Origin: an uncultured delta proteobacterium
GTDB lineage: Bacteria; Desulfobacterota; Binatia; UBA9968
Length of the DNA: 64,000 nt
Assembly: GCA_963804165.1 (NCBI GenBank)
Contig: CAWDPO010000006.1
Span: 64,001 to 128,000 of the forward strand
Direction: 5' to 3'
Below the pieces are notes generated by a model. It saw only the letters and a list, made by a program, of their open reading frames with translations. It was not told the DNA's origin and searched no databases. The position numbers were made by a program, and so were the translations under genes. Below are positions 21,501 through 31,039 of this stretch, piece after piece (within the stretch, counting starts at the first letter, position 1; each line of letters starts with the position of its first letter).

Positions 21501-21729
21501 CGCGCTGGTCGCCGGCATGCTGCCGCTCGCTCTCGGCACCGGCCCCGGCGCCGAGGAGCGCAGAGCCATCGCCGTCGTCGTCATCGGCGGACAAACGTTA
21601 TGCTTGCTCTTGACGCTGCTCGTCACTCCGGTGGCTTATTCGATGTTCGAAGATTGGGCGAAAAGCATTGACGTAAAACGCCTCCGTCGAGCCAGTCGCC
21701 TGTTCGCGCAGCGACTTTCGAATCGGTAA
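18544..21729 (+). CDS. RND efflux permease (AcrB/MdtC-like)
   Basis: 1061 aa, IRRPVFA, GIVIDDAIVVLENI, RLRPILMTT. Confidence 0.96.
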   Translation: MQKLAEVCIRRPVFASMIILALVVVGAASYFRLGVDRFPSVDLPNVSVRTSLPGASPEEVEAVISRPIEEVVNTVEGIQELRSISGQGTSFVIATFNLDRDIDTAAQDVRDRVATVLNRLPDDATPPVISKFNNENTPILTIAVSGNRSLRELTEFADKIIKVQLERSAGVGEVRVVGGLSRAINIWIDADRLAAYQIPITAVRNAIQHQNADIPGGNVTGGAQEEVLRTMGRIVAPRAFNDLTVATVNGAPIRIRDIGSAEDGTKEQRSLSRLNGVPTVQLQILRQSGANTVAVIEAVKANLDRVKRQVPSDIKLEIIRDQSRYIYAALHEINLHLVLGSILACIVVLAFMRSWRSTAIAAVAIPASVISTFGMMWALNFTLNSVTMLALVLMVGIVIDDAIVVLENIFRFVEEKRMSAFEAARAATAEIGLAVMATTFSLVVIFVPVAFMSSISGRFLYQFGITSAVAVLVSLLVSFTLTPMMSARMLRHEDAAAGGDDAHSRQGFYGWLDRRYERMLAWSMGHRMAVMSLAAAVIISSIPLYRMVRQEYIPTNVDEAEFDVNVTAPEGISLASIDKIMQMVESEIRALPMVRLLLCDAGGSFLGGVNQGSCYVRIAPHDERIFSLARLWRETLRGQPWVAFTDITSQRDVMQQVRARLARYTDLRTSVRNAPSFNIGSGNWDIDFVLRGPDLKALADYADQLRIRSKDLGIIDADTTLKLSNPELRVIIDRQRAADLNVNTEDIATALRLMVGGDTEASRFIDPSVNEEYDVQLRLALSDRADIGTISRLYVPRTGTGGLIRLDNLVKVENVKSASRIDRLDRQRQASLRAQIAPGYALADRLEALNQAVREMNLPIEYSTIVSGRGRELERTFTEFLWAFLLSIIFMYMILASQYESTIHPFTILLSLPLSIPFALFSLWVTGNTLNLYSALGILVLFGVVKKNAILQIDHMNRLREKGVERLAAIMRANRDRLRPILMTTLALVAGMLPLALGTGPGAEERRAIAVVVIGGQTLCLLLTLLVTPVAYSMFEDWAKSIDVKRLRRASRLFAQRLSNR

Positions 21730-21765
21730 CAAGCACAACTCTCCGTCGAGTTTTCGATCGGAGTA

Positions 21766-21982
21766 GATTCCATCGATTACGCCGTCGTTATGTCGGGCGA
21801 GATCGACATGGAGCTCGATAACTCTGTCGTCCATTTGAAAGCCGGCGACGTGCTCGTGCAGCGCGGCACGATCCACAATTGGGTCAATCGCGGTACCGAA
21901 GCTTGCGTGATCGCGTTCATTCTTGTCGACGCTAGGCCAGTCGAGGTTAGAGGTAAGGTCTTGCACGCGGAAGGTTAGTTCG
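21766..21982 (+). pseudogene. Cupin 3'-end remnant (direct repeat copy 2)
   Basis: Lacks 5' half; about 92% identical to 16242-16458. Confidence 0.88.
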
Positions 21983-21986
21983 TCCG

Positions 21987-22015
21987 GTAGGGGCGGGTTT
22001 AAAACCCGCCCCTAC
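21987..22015. repeat. GTAG-type REP palindrome, possible terminator between convergent genes
   Basis: GTAGGGGCGGGTTT-A-AAACCCGCCCCTAC perfect inverted repeat. Confidence 0.85.
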
Positions 22016-22039
22016 GGTGTCATATCAGTGCCTCAGCCG

Positions 22040-22884
22040 TTATTTCGCAAACGTCCCCGCCTGAAGCTCGCGCAGCGTCTGCTCGATTTCCGCTTTGGTA
22101 TTCATCACAAACGGTCCATAACGCGCGATCGGCTCATTCAGGGGTTTGCCGGACACTAAAAGGAACCGGACTGCGCTCTCCTCCGTTCGTACTTCGACGC
22201 TATCGCCGTCATCCCAAACCACGAGTCGCGGAGTTGTGACGCTTCGTCCTTCAGGCCCGAACTTTCCCTCGCCTTCGAAGACATACGCGAACGCCGAATG
22301 ACCGCGCGGGATCGGCAGGTCGAACAAGCCTTGTGGCGCGATCGATACGTCCAGATACATCGGCTCCGCGGCGATGCCGCTGATCGGACCCACGACGCCG
22401 TCGACGGTTCTCGCAATCACGCGCACCGTTACGCCGCCGTCGCGCTCGATTGCGGTGATTTCGTTGGCGTGAATGTTCTGGTAGCGCGGCGGGATCATCT
22501 TCTGTTTCGCCGGCAAATTCACCCACAGCTGAAATCCCGCCACTCCCTCCGGTCGCACCTGCGGCATTTCTTCATGCATGATGCCGCGCCCCGCGGTCAT
22601 CCACTGCAGATCCCCCGGCCCGATCTCGCCGGCATTGCCCACCGAATCTCTATGGCGCACCGCTCCTGCGAGCAGGTACGTCACCGTTTCGATACCGCGA
22701 TGCGGATGCAGCGGAAAACCCGCACGATAATCGGCAGGATTTTTCGACTGGAAATGATCCAACAGCAAAAACGGATCGAGATAATCCAGCGTGCGCGTGC
22801 CGATACTGCGTTTAAGCCGAACGCCAGCGCCTTCGACAACTGCCTGCGGCTCGATGATTTCGGAAATTTTTCTCGTTGTCCCAT
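22040..22884 (-). CDS. Pirin family protein (1-nt frameshift just after start)
   Basis: EGAGVRLKR..DPFLLLDHF, GFPLHPHRGIETVTY, WMTAGRGIMHEE, YGPFVMN. Confidence 0.92.
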
Positions 22885-22936
22885 CTCATGTTCGGACCTC
22901 CTGATTCATTCACCCATGTCTCGTTGATATTATGCA

Positions 22937-23515
22937 CTAGCGCCCTGGGCGTTTTTTGCCTGTTGCAGACCGCGCGTCCAGACTCACCAGGTTGGCCAAT
23001 AGCTGGCGAATCAACTTTTTCGTTGTCTCGTTGGTCAGGTTTCCCTCTGCGTCGAAATTTTGCGCGGCGTTGCCGATCATCACTTCCGGCTGATTGACCG
23101 CGTGAATGTTCAAGAACACAAAGACCTGGCGCAGATGATATTGCGCCCGCGCTGCTTCCAAATGTTCCCACGGATGCGCCCATGATCGCCGCCGGTTTGT
23201 CGGTCCAAGCGCTATCGCCGTACGGCCGCGACGCCCAATCGATGGCGTTTTTCAATACGCCGGGAATGGAATAGTTGTATTCCGGCGTGACGAACAAAAT
23301 AGCGTCCGCTTCGCGAATGCGCTTTTTGAATTCCACAACTTTCGCCGGCGGTTGCCGCTCGTCGTCTTCGCTGAAGACGGGATACCGTCGAGCTCGAAAA
23401 CATCGAGTACCGCGTCTTGAGGAACGAGCTGTTGCGCCGCTCGCAGCGCGGCCCGGTTGTAGGACTTTCTCCGCAGGCTGCCGGCAATGCCGAGAATGCG
23501 GATTGGTTTGTTCAT
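22937..23515 (-). CDS. NAD(P)H-dependent FMN reductase (two frameshifts)
   Basis: GSLRRKSYN, TPEYNYSIPGVLKNAIDWASRP, ARAQYHLRQ across three ORF fragments. Confidence 0.88.
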
Positions 23516-23643
23516 GTTTCCAGTCTCCTTTGCATCGGAATGTTTGAAAACGCTCACCTGTCAGTCAGGTTATACATTCAAAGGCGCTTCGACTAGACGG
23601 CAAATCTTGGAAACATTGTTCCGCCTAATGTAAGATCGCGGAC

Positions 23644-24531
23644 ATGGATCTCGACGGCATCGAAGTTTTCGTTAAAGTCATCGAAGTAGGCAGCTTCAGC
23701 CAAGCGGCCAAGCTTCTCGGCATGCCCAATTCGACCGTGAGCGCCAAAGTATCGGCGTTGGAGAAGCGGCTGGGCGTTACCCTGCTGCAACGGTCGACGC
23801 GCAAATTGCGCGCAACCCCGGCGGGAGCGACTTACTTTCAGCAGTGCGTACAGGCTCTGGAACGATTGCAAGCGGCGGAAAGTGAGTTGACCAGCGCGCA
23901 ACGCGAACCGCAGGGGCTTCTCAGAGTAACGGCTCCCGCGGACATCGGCCACACCCTTCTTGCTACGCTGGTGCGCAGTTTTTTGCAGCAGTACCCAAAG
24001 ACCGAAGTCGAGCTCGTGGTCACCAACCGCGTGCTCGATCTTATCGCCGAGGGTGTCGATCTGGCGATCAGGGCCGGCGAGCTCGCCGACTCGCGGCTCA
24101 TCGCCAAGCGATTCACCGTCGGTCACGTCGGACTGTGGGCGAGTCCTGCTTATCTGAAGAAGCGCGGCATGCCTTCGCATCCGAGAGAACTGGCGCCACA
24201 CGAGTGCCTGCAATTCTCGCTATTCAAAAACAACCGATTGGAACTGACCCATGGTAAGGACAGCGCCCGAGTGGTTCCCGCGGGGCGGCTGCGCGCCGAT
24301 GATTTCGAAGCGCTCAAAGCGTTCGCGCTTCTCGGCGAAGGCATTGTCTATCTCCCGAGTTTTATGTGCGCCGAGGAAGCGAAGCAGAATCGCCTGCAAC
24401 GAGTATTACCCGATTGGCATGGCGCCGCGGCAACCTTCTCACTCGTCTACCCCGCGCAACGCTTCGTCTCGCCCAAGGTGCGCGCCTTTATCGCGGTGGC
24501 GGAAGAAGTGTTTAAGAAACAGAAAAGTTAA
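23644..24531 (+). CDS. LysR family regulator (CrgA/DmlR-like)
   Basis: GSFSQAAKLLG...LEKRLGVTLLQRSTR; DLIAEGVDLAIRAG; divergent from FMN reductase/pirin. Confidence 0.95.
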   Translation: MDLDGIEVFVKVIEVGSFSQAAKLLGMPNSTVSAKVSALEKRLGVTLLQRSTRKLRATPAGATYFQQCVQALERLQAAESELTSAQREPQGLLRVTAPADIGHTLLATLVRSFLQQYPKTEVELVVTNRVLDLIAEGVDLAIRAGELADSRLIAKRFTVGHVGLWASPAYLKKRGMPSHPRELAPHECLQFSLFKNNRLELTHGKDSARVVPAGRLRADDFEALKAFALLGEGIVYLPSFMCAEEAKQNRLQRVLPDWHGAAATFSLVYPAQRFVSPKVRAFIAVAEEVFKKQKS

Positions 24532-24698
24532 GTGGCCATCCCGGTTACTTTCCGCACCAAACGAAATAATCGTGAAGTTACCGCCTCGCCGTCGACTTCT
24601 TTCCTTCAGCCATTCTCGCGCACGCGGGAATGACGACTTTTACTGCCGTGGTGTGCGCGCGATCCTAAAGGCCTGCCCGATGGACGATTCGACGCGAA

Positions 24699-25664
24699 TC
24701 AATTTTTTCTTCGCCCTAATGCTTTCTCGACGAAGCTGAAATCGAACACTTGGCCCGGAGGAATCTCCTTCGTCACTGCCAAACTTTTCTTGGTGAAATC
24801 TATTGCGCCGCGCATCCAAGCGTCGTCCAAATAATTAAGCCCGCCGAGACGGCTTAGGTGAAGATCGTACACTTCTCCTGCCAGAGTAAGGTCTTTGACG
24901 CCGAGATATTTCGAGATGATATCAATGGACTCGGGCCGATGCTGCGAATAGTATTGTAGTCCTTTCAGGCTGGCTTTCACGAAAGCGAGAACTTCGGCGG
25001 GATTGTTTTTGATCTTTTCCTCCGTCGCGCCGACACCGCCCGACGGATAACTGGCGAGATAATCTCCCGAGTACGCGAGCCGGCTGAAACCTTCCCGGTA
25101 AAGAATCAACTGGCGCGGCGGGCTGAGCAGACAGGCGGCGATGAGCCCGGTTCTGAGCGCGGTAGCTAATTCTTCGGGCGTGCCGATCACGATCGAAGTT
25201 ACGTCTTTGTTCGGCGTTAGCCCATGCTTGGTGAGGATCAGCTGCGTCAAGAGATCGACTGCGCCCCCACGCGAGGAGATGCCGACGACTTTGCCTTTGA
25301 GCTGCTGCACGGATTTGATATCCGGCTGACCGACGAGGTCGAATTGCGGTTTGGAGTTGACGATCAGAACGAGTCTTACCGGAGCGCCGCGAACTGCGGC
25401 GGCGATGATCGAGCCGGCGGCCGACGCGTAGTCGACCGAGCCGCCGATCAATGCCTGCATCCCCACCGATCCGCGTATGAGAAGGGTCTCTAGATCGATG
25501 CCTTCCTCGCGATAAAAGCCTTTCATCTGCGCGATGCGGAATTGCATCTCGGTCACAGCGATGGAGCTCGTCGAGAAGCGAATCTTCTTGAGCTGCGCCG
25601 ATGCGGGCAGGCCAACAGTAATAGAAATAGTCAGCGTGACTATAAAGGTGGAAATTTTTCGCAT
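24699..25664 (-). CDS. NitT/TauT-type ABC substrate-binding protein
   Basis: Signal peptide; KGFYREEGID, LKGKVVGISSRG, FDFSF C-terminus. Confidence 0.88.
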   Translation of the reverse strand: MRKISTFIVTLTISITVGLPASAQLKKIRFSTSSIAVTEMQFRIAQMKGFYREEGIDLETLLIRGSVGMQALIGGSVDYASAAGSIIAAAVRGAPVRLVLIVNSKPQFDLVGQPDIKSVQQLKGKVVGISSRGGAVDLLTQLILTKHGLTPNKDVTSIVIGTPEELATALRTGLIAACLLSPPRQLILYREGFSRLAYSGDYLASYPSGGVGATEEKIKNNPAEVLAFVKASLKGLQYYSQHRPESIDIISKYLGVKDLTLAGEVYDLHLSRLGGLNYLDDAWMRGAIDFTKKSLAVTKEIPPGQVFDFSFVEKALGRRKN

Positions 25665-25748
25665 GTTTGGATTGCCTCCGTCGAATTGTTTCGAGGCCCA
25701 GCATACGCGCGGAGCCTAGCAAGGCGCCCAATTTCGGTCAATCCTCTT

Positions 25749-25789
25749 AAACGTTTGGAACGGTTTGAACGACTGGAACGTTTGGAACG
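25749..25789 (+). repeat. 9-bp tandem repeat array
   Basis: aacgtttgg-aacggtttg-aacgactgg-aacgtttgg-aacg. Confidence 0.8.
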
Positions 25790-25874
25790 CGTTCATTCTA
25801 TTTTAAGCCTTGACAACCTCGACGCGCCTAACCTAGAAGGAAGATAAATCAAAGATCGCGAAAGGAGCACTGCC

Positions 25875-26687
25875 ATGATCGCCAAAATCCGCCACGTCGC
25901 TACCCACACCGAACACTACGATAAAGAGTGCAAATTCTATCAAACGATTTTTGGCATGAAGCAGATCACCACCGGATTGGTCGACGAGAACGGCAAATCC
26001 AACCCGGACCGCGGCCATATCAGCGATGGCGTCATCGGCATGGCGCTTCTGGCAAAGCGGGCCGGAAGCCAGGCGGGCATTGACCACTTCGGTTTCGAGG
26101 TCGACGACGTCGGAGAAGCCGTGGACCGCTTGAACCGGCTATATCCGGAATTGTTGCACACGCGAGCGCTGACCTACGTGCCCTTCGCCGGAACTCGCGC
26201 GCAAGATCCGACGGGAACGCAATTCGATTTATCACAAAAGGGCCAGGAGAACGTCCGCGAAGGGTATCTCGCGGACGGCTGGGAGCAGCCGCGCTGGCTC
26301 AATCATATCGCGCTCCGCGCCAGAAAACCGAAGGAAGTCGCCGAATTCTACACCAAAGTCTTGGAGCTGAAAGGCGTTGAGGAAGCCGGCGAGGAGGGTT
26401 CGATCACGCTCACCGACGGCAAAGTCCGTCTGATCATCCGGCGCTGTCACAGCGGCTATTATCGCAGCTTGAAACAGGGCTTCGATCATATCGGCTTTCA
26501 AGTAGACAGCGTTGAAAAAACCAAGAAAGATTTGGACGAGATCGCCGCCAATCATCCTGAGTGCGCTCCGAAAAAAATCGGTGGTGGACCGCAGAGCGGC
26601 GGGCTAGTGAAAGACATGGACGCTTGTCCCATCGGTCAACACGCTTTCGCCGATCCCGACGGAATACTGCTGGACATCTCAGAGTAA
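25875..26687 (+). CDS. Two-domain VOC (glyoxalase/dioxygenase) protein
   Basis: IRHVA, IDHFGFEV, LNHIAL, FDHIGFQV, DPDG. Confidence 0.85.
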   Translation: MIAKIRHVATHTEHYDKECKFYQTIFGMKQITTGLVDENGKSNPDRGHISDGVIGMALLAKRAGSQAGIDHFGFEVDDVGEAVDRLNRLYPELLHTRALTYVPFAGTRAQDPTGTQFDLSQKGQENVREGYLADGWEQPRWLNHIALRARKPKEVAEFYTKVLELKGVEEAGEEGSITLTDGKVRLIIRRCHSGYYRSLKQGFDHIGFQVDSVEKTKKDLDEIAANHPECAPKKIGGGPQSGGLVKDMDACPIGQHAFADPDGILLDISE

Positions 26688-26729
26688 CTAGAGCAGAAGT
26701 TAGCGCCCTAATTCACAAGTTCGCTAGGG

Positions 26730-26936
26730 AAATCTCCCTTTTCCCCTCTTTGTTAAAGAGGGGTTACTCTCCTGCAAAGGCCCTGCCCGGGAGATTTGAG
26801 TTCAACTTCATCTGCGGCCGTCGTTTGGGAGTTAGCTTCTGAACCGTCACATTGGATGGTCAGCGGTTCCCGGACTATTTCGCGCCGTGCCGGCCTGACA
26901 TTCCTCCCTTTAGCAAAGGGAGCTTGGGAGGGATTT
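26730..26936. repeat. Paired CCCCTCTTT-N-AAAGAGGGG hairpin element
   Basis: aaatctccc..cccctctttgttaaagagggg and ctccctttagcaaagggag..gggattt; same family at 34121-34207. Confidence 0.65.
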
Positions 26937-26945
26937 TTAGAGCCG

Positions 26946-28013
26946 CTAGCGCTCCGCAGACGTGCGAAATGCCGGAATAACCTCGTCGGCAAATAAGCGC
27001 AAGGAATTCATCGCCTGCTCGCTGCTGAGATTGCCGAAGCAAAACGAGCCCACGAAGTAATTGCTACCGGTGATTTCGAGATGTTTTTTCACTTCTTCGC
27101 GGACCGTCTCCGGAGCGCCCGCAATGTAGAGCCCTTCGGCGCGACGCGCCTCGAAGTCGTTTAAGTATTCTTTTCTCCGGTTATCGCCAACTTTTGATTG
27201 CAGGTAGCCGGTGCGCTCGTTGAACTGCGCGAGCGCAGCCTTGGCCTCTGCCCAGGCTTGCGCGTCCGTCTTGGCAACGTAGACGTGGCGCGAGATGCCG
27301 TAGAGCGGATCGGTCACATGCCCATTGAGGCGATCACGATCGTCCGCATGCTCTCTCCAAACGCGCCGATAGAGATCGAAAAGGTCACGGATCACCGGCA
27401 TCGATTGATAGTGAACGACCGTGTGGAATCCCTCTTTGGCCAACCAGTTCATCGACTCGCTGCTATTCGTCGGATACCAAAGCGGCGGATACGGACGTTG
27501 AAACGGCTCGATCTGCAGCTCGACGTTCTTGAAGGAAAAATAGCGGCCTTGGTACGACAACTTACCGGTGGCAAGAGCCGAAGTCACCGCGTCCAGTGCT
27601 TCGCGGAACATGTCACGCGACTGTTGAACGTCGATGTTGAAGAAGGACATTTCGATGGGCGATATGCCCCGTCCCACGCCGACGTCGAGCCTGCCCCGGC
27701 TTAGGTTGTCGAGCATGCAGATCTCCTCAACCAGGCGCAGCGGATTGTAAGCCGGCAGCACGTAGACCAACGTGCCGAGACGAATGCGCTCGGTGCGCTG
27801 GGCGGCGGCCGCCAGAAAAATGCTCGGCGACGGTGTCATGTTCAGCGGCGAGCCATGATGCTCGGCGATGTGGTAGCAATAAAAGCCCTTCTCTTCGGCG
27901 CATTCGATCAACTTCAAGCGTTGCTGGTAAAGCTCAGGCAGCGCGAGCTGATTGCGATCGATCCAATCGAAGATACCGAACTTTATCGTTTGAAGCGCCG
28001 GCAAGTCCGTCAC
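26946..28013 (-). CDS. LLM-class flavin-dependent oxidoreductase
   Basis: AEHH, RTERIRLGT, LDNLSRGRLDVGVGRG, LRLFADEVIPAF. Confidence 0.93.
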   Translation of the reverse strand: MTDLPALQTIKFGIFDWIDRNQLALPELYQQRLKLIECAEEKGFYCYHIAEHHGSPLNMTPSPSIFLAAAAQRTERIRLGTLVYVLPAYNPLRLVEEICMLDNLSRGRLDVGVGRGISPIEMSFFNIDVQQSRDMFREALDAVTSALATGKLSYQGRYFSFKNVELQIEPFQRPYPPLWYPTNSSESMNWLAKEGFHTVVHYQSMPVIRDLFDLYRRVWREHADDRDRLNGHVTDPLYGISRHVYVAKTDAQAWAEAKAALAQFNERTGYLQSKVGDNRRKEYLNDFEARRAEGLYIAGAPETVREEVKKHLEITGSNYFVGSFCFGNLSSEQAMNSLRLFADEVIPAFRTSAER

Positions 28014-28066
28014 GTCATCCTCCGCATTGCGAATTTTCCGATCACACGGCGCATGTCATAAGCCGG

Positions 28067-29044
28067 CTACTTCAGTTCACTCGCCGCTCTGCGCGCGAAG
28101 CTGAAGTCGGCGATCTCGGCGAATGAAACGTCGCGTGACACTTTCAGCACCTCTTTAGAGGTCGCAATGAACTCTTGCATCGCCTCGTCCGACACCAGGC
28201 CGGTATCCGAATACAGCTTGACGATTTCTTCATGGATCAAGCCGGCCACGGCGGCATCCTGAACGCCCGATTCCTTGGCCAAGAGTTTAATAAACTCGCC
28301 CTTGTTTTCCTTCAAAAAGCGGTTGGCCGCGAGCGCTCCCTTGACGGTGCGGAGAATCAGATCGGCCTCGGCGCGGGTTTTTTGCAAGGTGGTGACCAAT
28401 CCGCCTTGAGGCGTTTTGATGATGTCCCGCAAGTGAACGAGCTCCCTGAAACCCATCTTCACCGCCATCTTGTTATACGGCATCGACATGATCGTGCCGT
28501 CGATCTGCCCGGCTTGTAGAGCGCTCAATCTCAACGGATGATTGCCGAACAAGGTTCGCAGTTTTACGTCAGTTTCGGGCGCCAAGCCGTATTTTTTTAG
28601 CACCAGCCGCGCGCCAACATCGGTGAACTCGCCCACTCCGGATGTCGCCAACGTTTTGCCCTTCAGATCTTCCATTCGCCGGATCTCGGGACGCACCACC
28701 AGCGAAAAATCTTGCCCTACTGTAAGTGCCATGACGATGCGCAGGGGCAGTCCGCTCACACTGGCGCGCGCCGCGGACGCGAGTGCGGTGGAATAGTCCA
28801 TATCCCCGGCCATCAAGGTTTGCAGCGACAAGCTCGGACGCATGACGATCAACTCCGCTTCCAATCCTTGCGCGCGAAAGAAACCGTAACGTTGGGCGGC
28901 CAGGAGCCCGAGATTGGGCACGCCGCGGTTGGGGATGCCGATGCGAATTCTCTTGAGCGCCGAGCCTTCCTGACACCAGGCGAAACGAGAGACAAGAACG
29001 AAGAGAATTATGAGGACATAGGTTGCGCAACGATTCGCACTCAT
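28067..29044 (-). CDS. NitT/TauT-type ABC substrate-binding protein
   Basis: Signal peptide; GFFRAQGLEAE, DLKGKTL, DFSF. Confidence 0.88.
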   Translation of the reverse strand: MSANRCATYVLIILFVLVSRFAWCQEGSALKRIRIGIPNRGVPNLGLLAAQRYGFFRAQGLEAELIVMRPSLSLQTLMAGDMDYSTALASAARASVSGLPLRIVMALTVGQDFSLVVRPEIRRMEDLKGKTLATSGVGEFTDVGARLVLKKYGLAPETDVKLRTLFGNHPLRLSALQAGQIDGTIMSMPYNKMAVKMGFRELVHLRDIIKTPQGGLVTTLQKTRAEADLILRTVKGALAANRFLKENKGEFIKLLAKESGVQDAAVAGLIHEEIVKLYSDTGLVSDEAMQEFIATSKEVLKVSRDVSFAEIADFSFARRAASELK

Positions 29045-29143
29045 GCTCGCCTCTTAACCCAAACGGCGGGATAATTCCATCACCTTTTGCGTTGACGTCG
29101 GCGGCGGCGCAATGCTAACGTTCCGCCCAGCAAGACTGAGTCA

Positions 29144-29234
29144 GGAATGTCATCCCGAGGTGAAACCGAAGGATCTCGTCTTTTGCATTATGGTTCGGTC
29201 GAGATTCTTCGCCTGCGGGTCAGAATGACATTCC
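29144..29234. repeat. TGTCAT...ATGACA palindromic element
   Basis: GGAATGTCATCCCGAG...GAAGGATCTC / GAGATTCTTC...CAGAATGACATTCC; partial relatives at 35329 and 36832. Confidence 0.7.
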
Positions 29235-29281
29235 CGATAACTTCGAGATTGGCACGCCTCTGAGTGAAAGGAGAAATGAAC

Positions 29282-30067
29282 ATGAATTCACAGATTCGTT
29301 ATCTCGCTATCGTCAGCGAGCGACCGGAAACCCTGGCGAACTTTTACTCCACCTATTTCAAGATGAGCGAGCTCGGCCGCTCCGACGACGGAGATATCGC
29401 GGTCACCGACGGTTTTTACAACATTTCAATACTCAAGCGGCGCCCCGGCGCCGACGAGCTGGGCATCAACCATTTTGGCGTCACCATCGACGACATCGGT
29501 CAAGTCGAAGCGCGGCTGAAAGAGTTTTCTCCCAATTCGGACATCCGCCAGGAAGAAGGCGGTCTTTTTCATGGCGACTTTCGCGTCACCGATCCGAGCG
29601 GTCAATCCGTGACTCTTTCCACTCATCAGTTCCATACGCCGAGCGTTGAGCGCACCTTTCCGTGCATTCGCCATCTCGCGGTGTGCGTGGCTAACAATGA
29701 CGACGTTCTTAATTTCTACGTCAATGTTTTTGGTTTTCGCGAATCAACGACCAGCAGACGGATCCGATCGGAGAACCGAGTCGTGCGCTGGGCCGCCGAT
29801 GGCGCAACAGCGATGGCGATCCTGCCGGATCGGACACGCCGCGACATGAATGAGAGAGAGAGCCCGCGGGACGGTCTAAATCACTTCGGCTGGCTGGTAA
29901 ACAACATCGAGCCATTTTTGAATTCGCTTCCCGAAGGCTGCGTCAGCCAGCGACCGAGCAGTCGTCCCATGGCCGAGTACCGCGGCTTCGACCCCGACCG
30001 CAATCCGTTCGACATCTCGCAAGACAAAGGTTACGAGATTGACGTCGACCGCTGGGTGCACGGATAG
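29282..30067 (+). CDS. Two-domain VOC protein
   Basis: IRYLAI, INHFGV, IRHLAV, LNHFGW, DPDRNPFDIS. Confidence 0.85.
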   Translation: MNSQIRYLAIVSERPETLANFYSTYFKMSELGRSDDGDIAVTDGFYNISILKRRPGADELGINHFGVTIDDIGQVEARLKEFSPNSDIRQEEGGLFHGDFRVTDPSGQSVTLSTHQFHTPSVERTFPCIRHLAVCVANNDDVLNFYVNVFGFRESTTSRRIRSENRVVRWAADGATAMAILPDRTRRDMNERESPRDGLNHFGWLVNNIEPFLNSLPEGCVSQRPSSRPMAEYRGFDPDRNPFDISQDKGYEIDVDRWVHG

Positions 30068-30298
30068 TTCAGAAACCCGGACGGTTTAAAACGTTCGAGC
30101 CATACAGCTGACCGAAGTCTACCGCGTCGGCGGTTTCAGCGTGACTCGGAACGAAACACTGACACCAGTCTAGACGGAAGCCTTCTCCAGTCACGATTTC
30201 GTCATCGCTGACGCGAAGCGGGAACAATGAGGGGAGAGATACCGCCACAGGTCAGCACCCAACCCCGAATCTAAGGAATTCCCGAAGTCCCAAAGTCC

Positions 30299-30334
30299 TA
30301 CGCAACTTGCGTATATACGTAACTTACGTATAAT
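30299..30334 (+). promoter_or_regulatory. Sigma70 promoter of TA operon overlapped by two palindromic operators
   Basis: TTGCGT (30307)-16 bp-TATAAT (30329); palindromes TACGCAACTTGCGTA (30299-30313) and TACGTAACTTACGTA (30316-30330). Confidence 0.8.
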
Positions 30335-30341
30335 TGTTTCT

Positions 30342-30686
30342 GTGAAGGCCATTTTCGTCGAGCTGCCAGCCTTCGAGCGTCACCGAGCGAATTATCTCGA
30401 TGACAATGGATGCCGGGCGTTTCAGAACCTCTTAATGAAACATCCCGAAGCTGGCGATCCGATTCCAGACACTGGTGGACTACGCAAATTGCGATTCAAG
30501 GAGTGCGACGCGGCAAGGGCAAACGCGGCGGATTGAGGGTGATCTATACATTGGTGGACGTCGGGGTATCAGTTCTGGCTTTTCACGCTGTACGACAAAG
30601 ATGAAATGGCCGACTTGTCGCCGAAACAGCGCGCAGCGCTCAAGGCGATGATCAAAACCGAGTTGGAAGCAAGGAGAAGAATATGA
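30342..30686 (+). CDS. higB: RelE/HigB-family toxin (two frameshifts)
   Basis: FVELPAF...PEAGDPIPDTGGLRKLRF, then GKGKRGGLRVIY, then FWLFTLYDKDEMADL in shifted frames; ATGA overlap with antitoxin. Confidence 0.85.
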
Positions 30687-31030
30687 AGACAATCGGCAAA
30701 ACCAAACGGACGCGTGATAGCAAGAGAAATCTTTTCCGGGAATTGCGCGAAGGCATGAGCGCGCTCGCCGACGCGCGGCAAGGCAAGCGAACTCTGCGTA
30801 CACACGTAGTCGAGTATAAGCCGGCGCCGAAGGTTACACCAACGGAGTTGATCCGCGTACGTGAGCAATTGAAGTTCTCCCGCGCCGTGTTTGCTGCCTA
30901 TCTTCGCACCAACGTTCGCACACTGGAGAATTGGGAACAGGGGCGGGCAAAACCAAACGCACAAGCCGTGCTGCTGATCAATCTCGTTAAGCAATACCCT
31001 GACACAGTGGAGCGCCTCGCCAACATCTGA
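30683..31030 (+). CDS. higA: HigA-like Xre HTH antitoxin
   Basis: SRAVFAAYLRTNVRTLENWEQGRAKP; downstream of toxin. Confidence 0.88.
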   Translation: MKTIGKTKRTRDSKRNLFRELREGMSALADARQGKRTLRTHVVEYKPAPKVTPTELIRVREQLKFSRAVFAAYLRTNVRTLENWEQGRAKPNAQAVLLINLVKQYPDTVERLANI

Positions 31031-31039
31031 CGCCGTTTG

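Noticed and set aside
21987-22015. GTAG REPs as the cognate substrate of the RAYT at 35647-36597
   Set aside because: The RAYT's flanking repeats are a different sequence (GGGTCAGGCCTGA); no GTAG REP flanks it, so no link can be supported
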